This document shows, in pieces, positions 54,053 to 54,381 of a stretch of DNA of 54,381 nt; the first letter of the stretch is position 1, and the number at the start of each line of letters is the position of its first letter. The position numbers and the translations under genes are program-made. Source of the DNA: Clostridia bacterium (GTDB taxonomy: Bacteria > Bacillota > Clostridia > Christensenellales > Borkfalkiaceae); assembly GCA_017453145.1 (NCBI GenBank), contig JAFTKT010000037.1:1-54381 (forward strand), in the 5' to 3' direction. The notes beneath the pieces were generated by a model. The model searched no databases. It was not told where the DNA came from and saw nothing but the letters and a program-made list of their open reading frames with translations.

Positions 54053-54381
54053 TCCCGTCCTCCTACCCGCACGCGCGGGTCTACGATTCCATAGGCGAAA
54101 TCGGCGAGCAGATTTCCCGCAAGCGCCAGCACGATATAAAACATCTGCATGGCGAGCGCGACCTCGTTATCGCTAGACGTGAGCGCGTCGAAATACACCT
54201 TGCCGAGCCCGTTAATCCCGAACACGTTTTCTATCATAATCGACCCCGAAAACAGGCTCGTAAGCCAACCGACGAGCAACGGCACGATAGGGAGCAACGC
54301 ATTACGCCAAGCATGCGAGCGCACGACAAGCCGTTCGGACAAGCCTTTTGCGCGCGCCGTGCGGATACAGTCCAAGTGCAA
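54049..54381 (-). CDS. OppB/DppB-type ABC permease, C-terminal 110 codons (continues beyond window edge)
   Basis: It contains ...DCIRTARAKGLSERLVV..HAWRNALLPIV... and ends GNLLADFAYGIVDPRVR, a typical OppB C-terminus. An ATGA overlap joins it to the downstream permease start. Confidence 0.85.
   Translation of the reverse strand: MHLDCIRTARAKGLSERLVVRSHAWRNALLPIVPLLVGWLTSLFSGSIMIENVFGINGLGKVYFDALTSSDNEVALAMQMFYIVLALAGNLLADFAYGIVDPRVRVGGRE

Noticed and set aside
1-54381. Scan for CRISPR arrays, rRNA/tRNA genes, transposases/IS ends and known defence-system hallmarks
   Set aside because: No regularly spaced repeats were seen; the only tandem repeats are the 9-11-bp units listed. No structured-RNA-sized gaps with the expected motifs were found. 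No transposase, integrase, nuclease or helicase type ORFs were seen.

Overview
The window reads as a chromosomal segment of a Gram-positive-type anaerobe, most likely class Clostridia. Supporting signs are GGAGG-type ribosome-binding sites, TTGACA/TATAAT promoters, the syntenies secG-rnr-smpB, tilS-hpt and thyA-folA, and rex next to adhE. I found no rRNA, tRNA, tmRNA, CRISPR array, transposase or integrase.

Most of the window is housekeeping:
- thyA-folA and the 5' end of typA
- a pgk-tpiA-gpmI glycolytic block
- a GH31 glycosidase with a divergent AraC regulator
- secG-rnr-smpB
- tilS-hpt
- a YtrA-type GntR/ABC module
- an OmpR/histidine-kinase pair with membrane partners
- trmB-rex-adhE and dut
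- mgtE
- an M18 aminopeptidase
- a two-gene SufC/SufB-like pair
- galE
- a CorC/TlyC-type protein
- an Opp/Dpp-type ABC transporter

The main accessory element lies at about 28.4-38.0 kb. It is a compact phage-derived cassette of about 9.6 kb on the minus strand. In transcription order it encodes a sigma-region-4-like regulator, large terminase, a small-terminase-like fragment, portal, scaffold and major capsid. Three further proteins follow, sized like a podovirus adaptor, nozzle and needle.

The cassette has no integrase, replication, lysis, tape-measure or receptor-binding genes, and it sits directly between housekeeping genes. I flag it as a candidate domesticated particle system (GTA-like or satellite-like) rather than an ordinary prophage.

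Other notable points:
- an OppC-type permease carries a roughly 320-aa seven-blade RCC1-like propeller inserted in its first external loop
- two C-terminally anchored SH3-like/propeller surface proteins have apparently leaderless promoters and flank the phage regulator
- a nitrilase-fold protein lacks the catalytic Cys
- an untracked 30-aa hydrophobic ORF has a strong RBS and a terminator
- Pgk carries an insertion of roughly 30-35 aa

All functional calls come from reading motifs by eye. No database search was possible.
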